Both the position numbers and the translations under genes were made by a program. This document shows, in pieces, positions 25,270 through 39,517 of a DNA stretch of 64,000 nucleotides. The notes under the pieces were generated by a model. That model saw nothing but the letters and a program-made list of their open reading frames with translations. It was not told the DNA's origin and made no database searches. Position 1 is the stretch's first letter, and the number at the start of each line of letters is the position of its first letter. Source of the DNA: the human T2T-CHM13v2.0 reference genome, Homo sapiens; NCBI RefSeq assembly GCF_009914755.1, contig NC_060929.1, one strand, 5' to 3'.

Positions 25270-25964
25270 AGAAGTTATTATGAGGTAATTTTATTTCTTT
25301 CCATTTTAGGTAAAAATAGTAAATACAAGATAATCTTAATAAAGGTAAAAATACATCATTTGGATTTTGTTGTTGTTTTCTAAACAGTGCTACCTACAGT
25401 ACAGTTTTCAATTTAGGATTTTTAAACTTTTTTTTTATATAAACAAATAGAACTATTTTGCTATTAGGCTGTGTTCTCATCTGGCACTTAAGAATAGATC
25501 ACAGGTCACCTCCTGGTTCTGTTTGGATGTGTTGGGGGTGGCAGGGAGGGAGTGAGAAGGAGTTTGTGGGTTGAGGTGTTTGTCTTCCCAGGACACAGCC
25601 AGAGCTGCAGTCCCACCTGCAGTGGGAGGGCACAGGTGTGCACCCAAGATGGCCTTTTCCTGCTCTGGCCACAGGGATGGGTTTCACTGTGGCTGGACCA
25701 AAGGTCTCACACTCGTCAGGGGGCTGTTCCTCCCCTCCTCCCATGGTAGCTTTTCTTACCCAACCACCTAGATTCACAGCAGTTCTGGGTCTAGGCAGGC
25801 CAGCGGGCTGGAGATGTCAGTCATGCTGCAAGAGACTGAGCCAGGAGATCCCCTTCGTGTCCTAGAGGAGTGGGCTGGGGACCCCTCCCCACCAAGGATG
25901 GGGGCGAGGGCATCCAACCTGGCCTTGGAATGCTGGTAGAAGTCACAGACGCCGATGTGGGCTG
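25270..25964 (-). other. TRPC7: TRPC7 3' UTR (3' end approximate)
   Basis: Lies between the stop codon (25965-25967) and the polyA signal. Confidence 0.65.
25290..25295 (-). terminator. Probable TRPC7 polyadenylation signal (AATAAA on minus strand)
   Basis: tttatt at the end of an AT-rich block about 670 nt past the TRPC7 stop. Confidence 0.65.
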
Positions 25965-26134
25965 CTAAATGTCTTTGCCCTTGTTCACCCTCAGGTGGTC
26001 TTTGTTTAAGTTCTTTCCAAACTTCTCGCTGAGTTGTTGAATCAGGTCTGCCAGCTCACCAGTAGCTTGAGATTTTTCCTCAAGAAGCTCATAGCGCAGG
26101 CTGGAGATATCTTGCTTGATTTCCTTCAGCTCGC
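25965..26134 (-). CDS. TRPC7: TRPC7 last coding exon (probably exon 12): (G)[20 protein letters not shown]...KGKDI*, C-terminal coiled coil
   Basis: Acceptor ttgcag|GC, 170 nt, phase fits the previous exon, TRPC3/6/7 signature [18 protein letters not shown]. Confidence 0.96.
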
Positions 26135-27514
26135 CTGCAAGGACAGAGGAGATTTTGCTGAGTCTGAGTAGGTGGAAGCTCGGGGCTTGTCCCATGCACA
26201 TGTGGGCATGTGCATCCTTCCAGTGGAATGTCGGGTCCTGGGCCAGCCCACCAGGGTTGAAGGTGAGGCAAGGGGGGCTCTATTTGAACCCAGAACCACC
26301 CAGCTCCCCCACCACTGAAGGACACATCGATCCATAGAAAGCCCTTCTCCTCCCATTCCAGGAAAACCTTTCCCTTAGGGGTTTGAAGGAGGAGTCAAGA
26401 TCAGGGCTGTGAATTGTGTCTAGCACTTGTTTCATAAAATACTTGTTAGAAAGTTTGTTTCAGAGTCACTAAAGGCAGATTTCAAGACTCTGGAAAACAA
26501 CCCCATTAACCAGAGCATTGCTTTTGATGATGCTATGTTTTGTTCTGTCATTGTTATTTGTAGGGAGGAGAAACTCCCAGGAGCCTGGAGAGAATGGCTC
26601 GGCACAGCAGATGCAGCCGTGGTGGCCATGGAGCTGACCAGCCTCTTGGGAGTGAGCTGGCCACCTGAGCACGGTCCACTCAGCCCACACAAGCAGCAGC
26701 ACCACCTCGCTGACAGGAGCTTCGTCAATGCCTGCCGCCTCCTCCTTCCATAACGAGGGACCACCTAGCAGGGACTTTCACTTTTATTTCCACAGAGAAC
26801 CTTGTGGTTAGAAGTCCAATGGGTCTAGGCTGTGGGAATCTTCTTATTAACCACAAACAGATGTCAAAAGGATCTTTCCTAATACTGTAGATACTGCACT
26901 TGGCTCGTGTGGGAGTCCACTGTCTGTGGAAACATTACTCGTCTATTTTTCAGGTATGGTCTATACACATAAAAGGCAGAGATCTTAAAGGTACAGTTTG
27001 ATCCATTTTGACAAATGGATACACCCCCTGTTTTTATCAGATGCTTCACTGAGCCCCCGTTTCATGGTGTAATTTAAGTGCCATGACACCTGGATACCCC
27101 CACCTTCTATGATCAGTGATATTCACATGAATCAGTTACATACTGCTTGAGGCTGGCTGGCCTGACACTTGGCCATTGTTTGAGACCTACAAGTAGGTAG
27201 GTGGGCTGTTGTCTGCCCCTAAACCATGTCAGCTCAGGGGCAGTTCAGTTATGGCTGAGCTTCGAGCTGCATGCTGGGTGCCCCAGGATGAAGCAGAGGG
27301 TCACCCAATGACCAGGCTCTTTCTGTAGTTCCCTGTGGCCCAAGCTAGGAGAACAGAAACTTCAATCATGGATGAGGCTGTTTCTAGGTGGCAAATATTT
27401 GTCATAAGTATCTCATTAATTACCTGGCATAAAGTAATTTGCTTTTCATCTAAGAGTAACTGCTTAAAATAGACTGGAAAACAACCCAAACAGTGAAAAT
27501 AATATAGTTGGTAA

Positions 27515-27670
27515 ACTTCAGTGTATATCAGAGACCCTTGGTGCAGTTTTCCAAAAGCAGATCCCCAGACCCCACTCCAGAGATGCTGATTCATTAGGTC
27601 TGGGTGGGGTCTGGGATCTGTAGTTTTAACAGCTAGTTCTGAGGTGGGGAACACTTTGAGAAACACGGCT
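27515..27670. mobile_element. MER5-like hAT DNA transposon
   Basis: aaacttcagtgtatatcaga ... gctgattcattaggtctgggtggggtctgggatctgtagttttaaca ... actttgagaaacac. Confidence 0.6.
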
Positions 27671-27854
27671 GTCAGTTAGATGCTGAGAACCTCCCACTGA
27701 GACTGGACAGGGCCAGTTAGAAGCAAGCGGCGGCAGACCCTAAACGCAGTGTGCATCTGCTCAGTGGATGTGCACCATGGAATGAAGTACAGCATTGGAA
27801 TTCTGAACCATCCTGCACTCAAGAGGCATGAGGTTGGCTCAAGGCTGCCATTGC

Positions 27855-28715
<861 letters not shown>

Positions 28716-28729
28716 ATCCAGTCATTTAC

Positions 28730-28805
28730 CTTCATTGACTTCGTCATTTTCTCTGTCCACCTGGGCTTTCAGGACGTATCTTTTTATGAGCCGTTTCATG
28801 ATTTT
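28730..28805 (-). CDS. TRPC7: TRPC7 exon (probably 11): [25 protein letters not shown](G), CIRB/rib helix
   Basis: ttcag|AAA ... GAAG|gtaaat, 76 nt, in frame with both neighbours. Too short for the ORF track. Confidence 0.95.
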
Positions 28806-30265
28806 CTGAAATGCCAAGCAAGGAAGGGATCAGACAGGGCTGGCCTAATGCAGAGGCAGCCTGCGTGGTGTAGCAGGACCCCTCCCTCCCTTGAAGAGCC
28901 TCAGCAACCATGGCGACCCTCCCATGCCTGGCGCCTCACTCTGGAGGGGTGCCCTGCACAGTGCGGGTACCTGGCCAGCCTCTGTTTCGCCTCCCCCGCA
29001 GGATGCAATGTGCAACTGAACCTGGGATGTAACAGGAATACTTCTTAATGGCAGGAAGCTGAGCCAAGCAGAGAGAGAGACAGAGAGAAAGGGTGGAGTG
29101 GGCAGTGGCACAAATCTCTGCTCCAGGGGCCTTGGCCTGGCTCTGCCCTGCTCAGTCAAGTCATCTTTCCTGGACCTCAGTTCTGTTTTAAGGATGGAGG
29201 GCTGGGGAAGACTTAGCAGGCCTGCCTGGGTGGAGCTGCCTCCCTCAGAGGTCACAGTGAGCAGTGTGCCCTTCATGAAGAGATCCGCTGGGTACAGAAG
29301 TCAGGATCAGGCTTGGAGGACAAGTCCACTGTACCTTGGAAAATTCCTACCAGAAGCAGAAGCAGACACAGCCGGGCCTCTGGGGTTTTACAGAGATACC
29401 ACTTCCCACAGGCCTGACACTGTACTGCCGGAGTCACACTGGAGCAGGATTTGGCCCTCAAGTTCCATTTATTATGAAGATACTGAATTCGTTAAGCAGG
29501 CGAGGCATGAATAAACACTTAAGAGACACCAAGAATAGAGCCAAGTGTAGGAAAGACTGCAGGAGGTGAACTTTGGATTTTGCCAGCTAGTTGGTCCAGG
29601 GTTCCTGCGAAATCACAGGATTTAAAAATACTCGGGTAGCCGAGACTTCTGAATCTTCCAAGAGATGAGCAGTGTGGAAGAGAGGAAGGGATTTCCCTGC
29701 TCCTTGGTCCTCCCTTCTTGTGGCCTTCTGACCTGCTCACACCTGAGGACCAAGAGGACAGAGGCAGCATTTTCCAGTTTGAAGAGACCTGTAGGGACCT
29801 GATTCTGTTCCTAGCTTTGCTACATAGGCTGAGGAAAAGCATCTTGCAAATAAAAAGTAAGTGAACTGGATGCAAAGAGCTGCAGGATTTACTCATTATC
29901 ATCAATTATGGTTCTTTCCATCCCTTTAACCATGAAGAGCTTGCCACAGAGATGCTTCCTGGCCTGTGATTCTAAGACTTCACCTGAACCCGAAAGGCTC
30001 TCTAGGATAACACTGGGTTTAGCTCATTCAGGCCAGCACTGCCCCTCCTCAGCCCTCGGGCTCATGGGCCAACTGGCTGTGTGGTTTGAGTTGTGATCTA
30101 ATTTCAGGCTGAAGAGTTAATTGGCAGTTGCCTTCCTGCTGCTCCTTCTCAGAGAAGCCTGGGTCTTATCCTACTAGCGGTTAAACTGCAGCGCTGAATT
30201 TCTCATGGACATAGTCTAGTCAATAAAGTAAGTTATCTAAGTTATAAAAAATATATCCCTTTCAA

Positions 30266-30569
30266 GCTAGGTGCAGTGGCTCATGCCCATAATCTCAGCA
30301 CTTTGGGAGGCCAAGGTGGGTGGATAACCTGAGGTCAGGAGTTCAAGACCAGCCTGGCTAAAATGGCGAAACCCTGTCTCTGCTAAAAATACAAAAATTA
30401 GCTGGGCATGGTGGTGTGTGCCTGTAATCCCAGCTACTCGTGAGGCTGAGGCAGAGAGCATTGCTTGAACCTGGGAGGCAGAGGTTGCAGTCAGCCAAGA
30501 TCATGCCACTGCACTCCAGCCTGGGCAACAGAGCAAGACTCTAATTCAAAAAAAAAAAAAAGAAAAAAG
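30266..30569 (+). mobile_element. Alu (AluS-like)
   Basis: Full dimer with A-tail; TSD core TATCCCTTTC at 30254-30263 and 30756-30765. Confidence 0.96.
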
Positions 30570-30755
30570 AATATATATATAATATAATATATAATATATA
30601 TTTAAGATATATAATATATGAGATATATAATATATATTTGAGATATATTATATATAAAATATATAATATATATTTGAGATATATATAAAATATATAATAT
30701 ATATCTCAAAAATATATTTTTTGAGATTATATAAAATATATATACAAAATATATG
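30570..30755. repeat. (TA)-rich array grown from the Alu tail
   Basis: About 185 nt almost pure A/T with gagat interruptions, lying between the Alu tail and its TSD. Confidence 0.9.
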
Positions 30756-31309
30756 TATCCCTTTCCATGAGACTCAGTAATGCTGCTTTCACTTTGAGTT
30801 GGAAAAACAAAACAAGACAAAAACTTTGTCCTAAACTAGTTCTCATGAAAAAAAAAATAACAAAACAGACACTTAGTTATCTGTCATTCTTGCTGAATAA
30901 GAAATTCAGAAGTGTTCTTCCACTGCAATCTTTCAGGCTGACACAAAATTAAAGGGACCTAGTTAAAGTTGGTTGCCTTTTCAAGGCAAACCTCAGGAAT
31001 TAAGGGTTCTTCAGTTTCTGGATCCAACAATTAAAGAGCTTTACTGTTTCTCATGTAAAATGATAAGCCAGAGATTGGCAGTCAAATGGTGTTGAGGAAA
31101 ATTCTTTCATAGGTGCAGCCGGAATTACAGCCCTTCCTGTTTGGTGTGCACATTTTGTATTTAAGAACATTCCATAGCATGTATTTACTAATAATAGAAA
31201 ATGTGCCCCTCAAACTCTATTTGGCTGGGATAGGTGAGATCCTGCTCACAGTCTCCTTCAATGCAGAGGAGCCCCTCAGGAGGAAGGGTGAAAGGATGAA
31301 GACGCAAAG

Positions 31310-31510
31310 AAGCAAATGCATTGAGTGCTTCCATAGACCAGGATTGTGTCAGCCTCTCATAAAAGTGATCTTACTGACTCCTCCAAGAAACTCAGTGAGA
31401 TGGGAGTTGTCATTTCCATTTACAAATGAGGACACTGAGGCTCAGAGACTGATGTAACTTCTCCAAGGTCACACAGCTGGAAAGTGGCAGATCTGAGATT
31501 TAACCAGCAT
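31310..31510 (-). mobile_element. MIR SINE
   Basis: ccatttacaaatgaggacactgaggctcagagactgatgtaacttctccaaggtcacacagctgg. Confidence 0.8.
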
Positions 31511-31967
31511 GGAAATCATGGCTGAGACTTCATCTGAGCATCAAAACAAAGGCTCAAGATGGTTTAGGAAATGAGATGTGGGAAACTGGCTCCCATTAGT
31601 CAAAGAGGGTTTGGGCTGTGTCTGGGTACTGAGTCATTTTATGCAGGGGGAAGCCTCACTAGATTTCAGAGGCTGGGTGACATCATACAATGGTCATCCC
31701 TTGAAGAAGGGGGTCTCTGCTCTGGCACTGGCAGGAATGCTCATGGCCCACTCTTGAGCACTGGCATGCTCGATCTGAGCCAGGGTTTCTGTAGACCTAG
31801 GGCTCAGAGGGTAGAAAAGCAAAGGTTTACTTTGAAGCTCTCAGTATGCATTAGGATTATAAAGTCTTCTTGTGGAAGCAGAATCAGATGAGCACTGCAG
31901 ATGTGCAGGGACACTTTAGCCTTCCTCCTCACCTCCAGGGCACTTCCCAGAGTGACAGGGACCTTCA

Positions 31968-32435
<468 letters not shown>

Positions 32436-32460
32436 TTAACATGGATGGCACAGAGGATAT

Positions 32461-33509
32461 TGTTGCGGGAAGTCAGGGACCCTGAATGGAGGGAACGGCT
32501 GGAGCTGCGGCAGAGGAACATAAATTGTGACGATTTCATGGACATTTATCACTTTCCTAATAATACTTTAACAATTTCTTACACTTGTCTTTATTTTAAT
32601 CTCTTAATCCTGTTGTCTTTGTAAGCTGAGGATGTACGTCACTTCAGGACCACTGTGATGATTGCTTTAAGTGTACAAATTTATTGTAAAACGTGTGTTT
32701 GAACAATATGAAATCAGTGCACCTTGAAAAAGAACAGAATAACAGCGATTTTCAGAGAACAAGGGAAGACAACCATAAGGTCTGACTACCTGCGTGGTCG
32801 GGCAGAATAGAGCCATATTTTTCTTCTTGCAGAGAGTCTATAAATGGACATGCAAGTAGGGAAGATATCACTGAATTCTTTTCCTAGCAAGGAATATTAA
32901 TAATTAAGACCCTGGGAAAGGAATGCATTCCTGGGGGGCAGTCTATAAATGGCCGCTCTGGGAGTGTCTGTCTTATGAGGTTGAGATAAGAACTGAAATA
33001 TGCCCTGGTCTCCTGCAGTACCCTCAGGCTTATTAGGGTGGAGAAGAAACCCCACCCTGGTAAATTTGAGGTCAGACCAGTTTTTTGCTCTCGAACCCTG
33101 TTTTCTGTTGTTTAAGATGTTTATCAAGACAATACGTGCACAGGTGAACATAGACCCTTATCAGGAGTTTTTGATTTTGCCCTTTGCCTTGTGATCTTTG
33201 CTTTGCCCTTTGCCTTGTGATCTTTATTGGCCTCAGAGGCATATGATCTTTGTTCTCCTTTGAAGCATGTGATCTTGTGACCTACTTCCTGTTCTTGCAC
33301 TCCCTCCCCTTTTGAAATCCTCAATAGAAACCTGCTGGTTTTGTGGCTCAGGTGGGCATCATGGTCCTACCGATATATGATGTCACCCCCGGAGGCCCAG
33401 CTGTAAAATTCCTCTCTTTGAACTCTTTCTCTTTATTTCTCAGATGGCCGACAATTATGGAAAATAGAAAGAACCTACATTGAAATACTGGGGGCTGGTT
33501 CCCCTGATA
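32461..33509 (+). mobile_element. MER11 solo LTR (HERV-K11/HML-8), antisense to TRPC7
   Basis: Starts TGTTGCGGGAAGTCAGGGACCC, ends GGGGGCTGGTTCCCCTGATA, internal TGTGATCTT repeats, perfect 6-bp TSD GGATAT (32455-32460 and 33510-33515). Confidence 0.92.
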
Positions 33510-33527
33510 GGATATCTATTTCTATTC

Positions 33528-33668
33528 TAGAAATAGATATAGAAAATAGATATAGATATAGAAAATAGATATAGAAAAGATGGACATAGAAAGCCTCCCT
33601 TCTTTCACTATGTGGGGGAAATGTGTGTGTGTGTGTATGTGTCTGTGTGTGTGTGTGTGTGTGTGTAT
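33528..33668. repeat. TAGA-rich repeat followed by an imperfect (TG)n microsatellite
   Basis: tagatatagaaaa units at 33528-33580; TG run at 33622-33668. Confidence 0.85.
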
Positions 33669-35684
33669 GTTTTGTGATGAGTTTGAGATACCTCCTTGCT
33701 ATCTTCCATAGAGTTCTTTCACTTCATGGAGATAATAAGCTTTCTCCAAGTTACTATGTCCCTGGTAGTGGCAACTCTCCCTGCCCTGCCCCATGCATTA
33801 GCAAATACTGGAGATGAGTATATTGAGTGCTATCACTCAGGCAAAGCATACTCAAGAGGATGAAGATGAGATGCACAATGGATAAGAGCAGTTGTCACGC
33901 AGAGCCCTACATCCGGAGAGGAAGGCACACAGTTCCCACAGCCCAGACCCGGCCCAAACTACAAGAGGCCAAATGGCCTCTGGCCGCTGATGGTGAAGGG
34001 GAACACAGGACATCTTTCTATGGGAGAGACAACTCTCCCTGCACAGCCAGGGCAGATGAGGACACAGATAAGGAAGCAAGGAAGAGAACACATACTGTAC
34101 ACTGATGATGGCCAATGAGGTAGGATCCAGAGGGAAGAAATGTGGTCACCTAGGAAAACAGAAATTGAGGAACATTTGGAAGAGAGTGGACAAAATAGAT
34201 CACAGGACAAGTCATTTGTTAAACTGAGGTTTATCAGACACAACAATAGAAGAAATAGGCACTGGCAAGTTGTCCATCCTCTTTGCTTTGATCTCTTCGG
34301 TAAAGGCTATTTAGAAGATGGAAAAGAGAACTCCCCACGGGGTTTTGGGGAGCAGATTGCAGCATAAAGATTGGAGTGTATGTGAATGATGGATGTGCCT
34401 GGATTCTATGGTTTATTTGGGATATCGCTTGTTTACTTTGACCATGAAGAAATATGCCTCTCAGAGTGAGTATGTGGGTCTGTATACTTCCTGCCCCAAC
34501 AAACTGACAAGCTGGATCTTGAAACAGATCACAGGGAGCTTGGGGATGAGGCATACTTTGGCCATCTCACCAGTATCATGGTTTTGTTCCATTGTTTGGT
34601 CTCAGGTCTGCAGAGCCCAGACTGAAAAACACATTAAAAAAATGGTTTTGTGAAAAATAACAATTCAGACACCCTGGAGCCTAAGGAAAAAAAAAACACA
34701 GAAAGCCTCTGAAGTCTGAAGGAGCTGTCTTCCCTTACAACAAAGACCTCACAAAAGCAGAAGGATTGACAAACAGCTGAATGAACACCTGAAATGCTAA
34801 CAGTCGAGAAATCGAATGAAGAGACAAAAAAGCAGCAAACTTAGTAACTAAATGTGTGTGAACGATGGTGCTTTTATCTTCTTGGGAACACTAAGTGATT
34901 TCTCAGAGCCACAACATGTGAGAAGCTGATGGAATATGTGCTCAGTGACAGCAGCTCTGCCTAGGGCCTGGATTGTAAGAAGGAGGGGGTGAATTGGGCT
35001 GCTCATGTTCTCTGCACATTTGGAAGCTGCTGTGGGAGGAAAGCAATGCTACTTGGAAGGCCACTGGTAGGCCCAAGGAAAGAGAGGAACCATACTCAGA
35101 TCCCCCCTCAAATTGTCCTTGCTGCTGTTGACAGCAAAAGTGCCCCAGTGCCTTCTGCTCCTTGCCTCCTCACTGTGTGCTTGGAAGGCTCAAATAGGTC
35201 TCTTCCTGGTGACTGTCAAACACAGGCAAGAAAGGTTCTGAGGAGGGTGCTGGTGCAAAACTACGAAGATAAATAATAGGCAGGTGTCCAGGCAGCATGA
35301 CGTGGTGAGAGAGGGGGGGCCCTCTGAGTCAGAGAGATCTCAATTCAGTCACTTGTGTGGCCTTGGCCACTGAGCCTCAATTCCCTCATCTGTTACATGG
35401 GGTTGAAGACAGTGCCCATCTCCAAGGAATATGGGAGAGTACACGTGAGCTAGTGTCCAGCCTGCATCCAGGTATCTTTTAGTGACATCTCAGGGTTTAC
35501 TCCAATTGTGAGCAGATGATGACTCAGGACGATGCCACACAGCCTAGCAGGGTGGAGCCAAGAGCCAATGTGCAAAGACTGCTTTCTCTCAGCCCCTTTC
35601 CTCTGATGCCTACTGGCTGGCTTTTTGTTTCTTTTCTGTGACAACTATTTGAATAAGTCACCTCAGGCTTCTTCTGTGGAGTCA

Positions 35685-36213
<529 letters not shown>

Positions 36214-36949
36214 TCATTCTGGAATGGGACATTCACACAGAATTGATCTTCCTTTATCTCAGGAGCTAATTCTGCTCAAAACCTAGGAGAGATTTGGCCC
36301 TAACCCATTGGGTATCTATCTTTTCTGTGACACAGATAATCTATACTTCTCTCTGAAAAGCTGAGAAATAAAAATACTTTCACTGACCAAAGGCTTTGGT
36401 CTGTAAAATAGCTCAAAGCAGATCAAACCAGTCAGTGCCAATTTTGTGCGCGATTAAACACAAGATTTGCCCATTGCTAATTTTTCGCCTGTCATCTGAT
36501 AGAACTATAAGCTCTTTGAGGGATGAGCCATTTCTTAATTGTGCAATTAAATTCTCCTAACTGCACAGCTGGCTTCTGAAATATGGTTGGAGAGATTCAG
36601 TTAGAGACCTGTATCTAAAAGATCTAAGTCTGTAATTCTCCCTGTGGGAAGGTGGCACCAGGGGCACATCACCTCCACCCAAAGGAATGCTCAGGACAGC
36701 TTAAAATTTACATCTGATAAGAAATGATCAGCATAGGTGAAACTGCTGATCATCGAGAAGTGGAAGACAGGAAAGGAGTGGCCTGCCCTTTTATAATTGA
36801 TCATCTGTAGCTATCGTTTATCACTGGCGCATGGGCTGATCCAAACGGATACAGAGATCTGGCATTCATTTCCAAAAGCAATGCAAGGATTGGAAGCATA
36901 AAAGTTCTTTTTCTAATTTTTCTGACAACAGACTTGGCAGGCTGGCAGT

Positions 36950-37700
36950 CCAAGTCTGAAGACACCTATATCTACTTGACTGCTTAAGACAGAAACCTGT
37001 GAGCCATGCTGGGTGTGCCTCGCCCTCCCCATATGTGCCCAGCAGCTATATATCCAGAAAGTGTATAGCATCTGTCTGCTTTTCTCTATCACCCTGCTCG
37101 TACCCCAATCCAAGCAACCATGCCTTGTACCTGAATGACTGTCACATCCTCCTCACTGGTATCCCTGCTTTTACTCTTGTCCCCACCTGTCTCTTCTCAT
37201 TATAGCAGTTAGGTGGTTTTCTTAAAGCGCGAATACAATTTCATCATCTCCCCTCCTGGGCAAAGTTACCCTCTCCCCCATCCTGACAGTGGTCTGGCCC
37301 TCTGACCTCACTCCCTCCACCCTCTGCTTCCACAGGGCCCAGCTGCCCTGGACCTGCCACCCTTCTCTTCCTCTGCCTGGAAGGCCATATATGGCTGCCT
37401 CCTGCATCCGAGTGGTCTCGGCTGACTGTTCTCTCCTTGAAGATGTCCTCTCTGAAAACTATATCTAGGCTGAAGCTCCCTATTTTTCTCTGTTTTTGAG
37501 TCCTCCTGTTTGCTTTTTGTCACTATTACCAGTTTGAGGGCATACACTTATCTGTGTGTTGACTTGTTTATTGTCCATCATCACTAGACTGGAGGTGCCA
37601 CTGAGGGAGGAACCACATCTGTATCTGTATCCCCAGGAAGTAGCACAGTGCCTGACATATAGTAAGTACTCAATAAATATTTGTACAATAAAGGAAGGAA
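36950..37700 (+). mobile_element. L2 LINE 3' fragment
   Basis: Ends with the L2 3' terminus gcacagtgcctgacatatagtaagtactcaataaatatttg. 5' limit approximate. Confidence 0.7.
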
Positions 37701-37803
37701 TGAAGCTGTGTTCTCGGGGGATGACACAGTCATGGGACTAAATCTGTGTCTTAGTGGAGTCTACTTCTGCCCATGCTTGGATGCTTGGGAAAGGGGTGGT
37801 TAC

Positions 37804-37884
37804 CTGGTATCTGGTGGGCTTGCTCAAAGTGTTATTTGCTGTCAGATTTTCAGAATTCCTCATGCCAGCCTGGTAGCGAGTCTT
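37804..37884 (-). CDS. TRPC7: TRPC7 exon (probably 10): KTRYQAGMRNSENLTANNTLSKPTRYQ
   Basis: atccag|AAG ... CAG|gtaacc, 81 nt, phase 0-0, links SKFK to KIMKRL in frame. Confidence 0.92.
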
Positions 37885-38506
37885 CTGGATAAAACAAACA
37901 AACCCACACACATCACACAGAAAAACATACATGCATCCCTACATATCTCGTAGGACTTGAACAGTATCCATATACGGGGCTGTCTCAGTGAAGCAGCTTT
38001 TGAAAGCTGATTTACCTGGTGCTGCTTGGCTTCCTAGAACATTGTTCCTAGGACCTTTAGCTCTGTAGGATGTTAATAAGGGTTACAGAATATTTAGTCA
38101 ACTTGGTTGGAAAGCACTGAATTAAGGTTACATGGATGTCTTTTCTCCAGGGGTTTTAACATACTAATAAACACTGAGAATCCCCAGGAAAGCCAGACAG
38201 TGGGAAGGAAACCTTTTTCTCAGAGATCATTTTCCAGATACTTTCTGAGAAAAGCTGTTCCATTTCCAAGTCCACTAAGGGGTTCCCTTCACTGGGGTCA
38301 TGGCTTAGCCAGGCAGCTTACTATGTCCCCAGCAGGGCACCTCTCCAAGGGGTTGCAAGGAGAAAGGAGGGTATCACAGTAGCCTCTGCTGGCATTGGAG
38401 CTTTCAGATGTGTCCAGGTAGACTCTACAGAGTACCGGCCCTCCCAGCTCCTGGCTCCCCTTGCATGGGGTGGGGGAGGGCAGCCATATGACTCAAACAC
38501 ACTCTA

Positions 38507-38815
<309 letters not shown>

Positions 38816-39193
38816 TCAAAGGCCACGATTTAACAACGGAGCCCAACCTGAGGAGCAGAGACACAGCCCCAACATTCGGAAAGCAGACTTCTAAGCAGGA
38901 CTTGGTGTAGTTTTTCTACAGATGGCACAGAGAAGGGGAGTTTGCTCTCACTAAAACCATGCACAATGGTCACTTTCTGCCTGTCTTCTTTGGACTCATG
39001 GCTGAAAAGCCTCGACCAGTTCATATTAACCGCCCCTACCCTCCACTGGGTATATTTACCAACATTCTCCATTTGCAGCTAACCAAAGAACTTTTCTCAC
39101 TGCCACTTAATATTGTTATTCATTAATTTTTATAGCTCTGCTAGCTGATTCACCAGCCACCACAGCATTATTGTACTTATTAATCTCTAAAGA

Positions 39194-39517
39194 AGTGCTG
39201 CTCACTAGAAATACATTGTGAGCCAAAAAGATGAGCCACATAGGTAAGTTTCAATTTTCTACTAGCCCCATTCTAAAAAGTAAAATTGAACAGGTGAAAT
39301 TAATTTTAGTAATATATTTAATGCAGTAGATCAAAAATATCATTTCAACATGTAAGCATTATAAAACAATATTAAGATAGCTTACCGTATTGTTTTCATA
39401 CTAGGTCTTCAAACTCCAGTGTGAATTTTATCCTTACAGCACATCTATTTAGACCAGCCACATTTTAAGTGCTTGATAGGCGTATGTGGTTAGTGGCTAC
39501 CACACTGGACAGCACAG
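39194..39517. mobile_element. MER33-like hAT-Charlie DNA transposon
   Basis: agtgctgctcactagaaata ... tgtggttagtggctaccacactggacagcacag; terminal inverted repeats of the MER3/MER33 type. Confidence 0.8.

Noticed and set aside
26135-26201. N-terminal part of the track ORF 25965-26201 (and similar overhangs on other TRPC7 exon ORFs)
   Set aside because: Intronic read-through beyond the AG/GT boundaries; not TRPC-like.
36720-36755. Possible C/D box snoRNA (ATGATCA ... CTGA)
   Set aside because: The C box is imperfect and the boxes are only about 20 nt apart, too short for a snoRNA.
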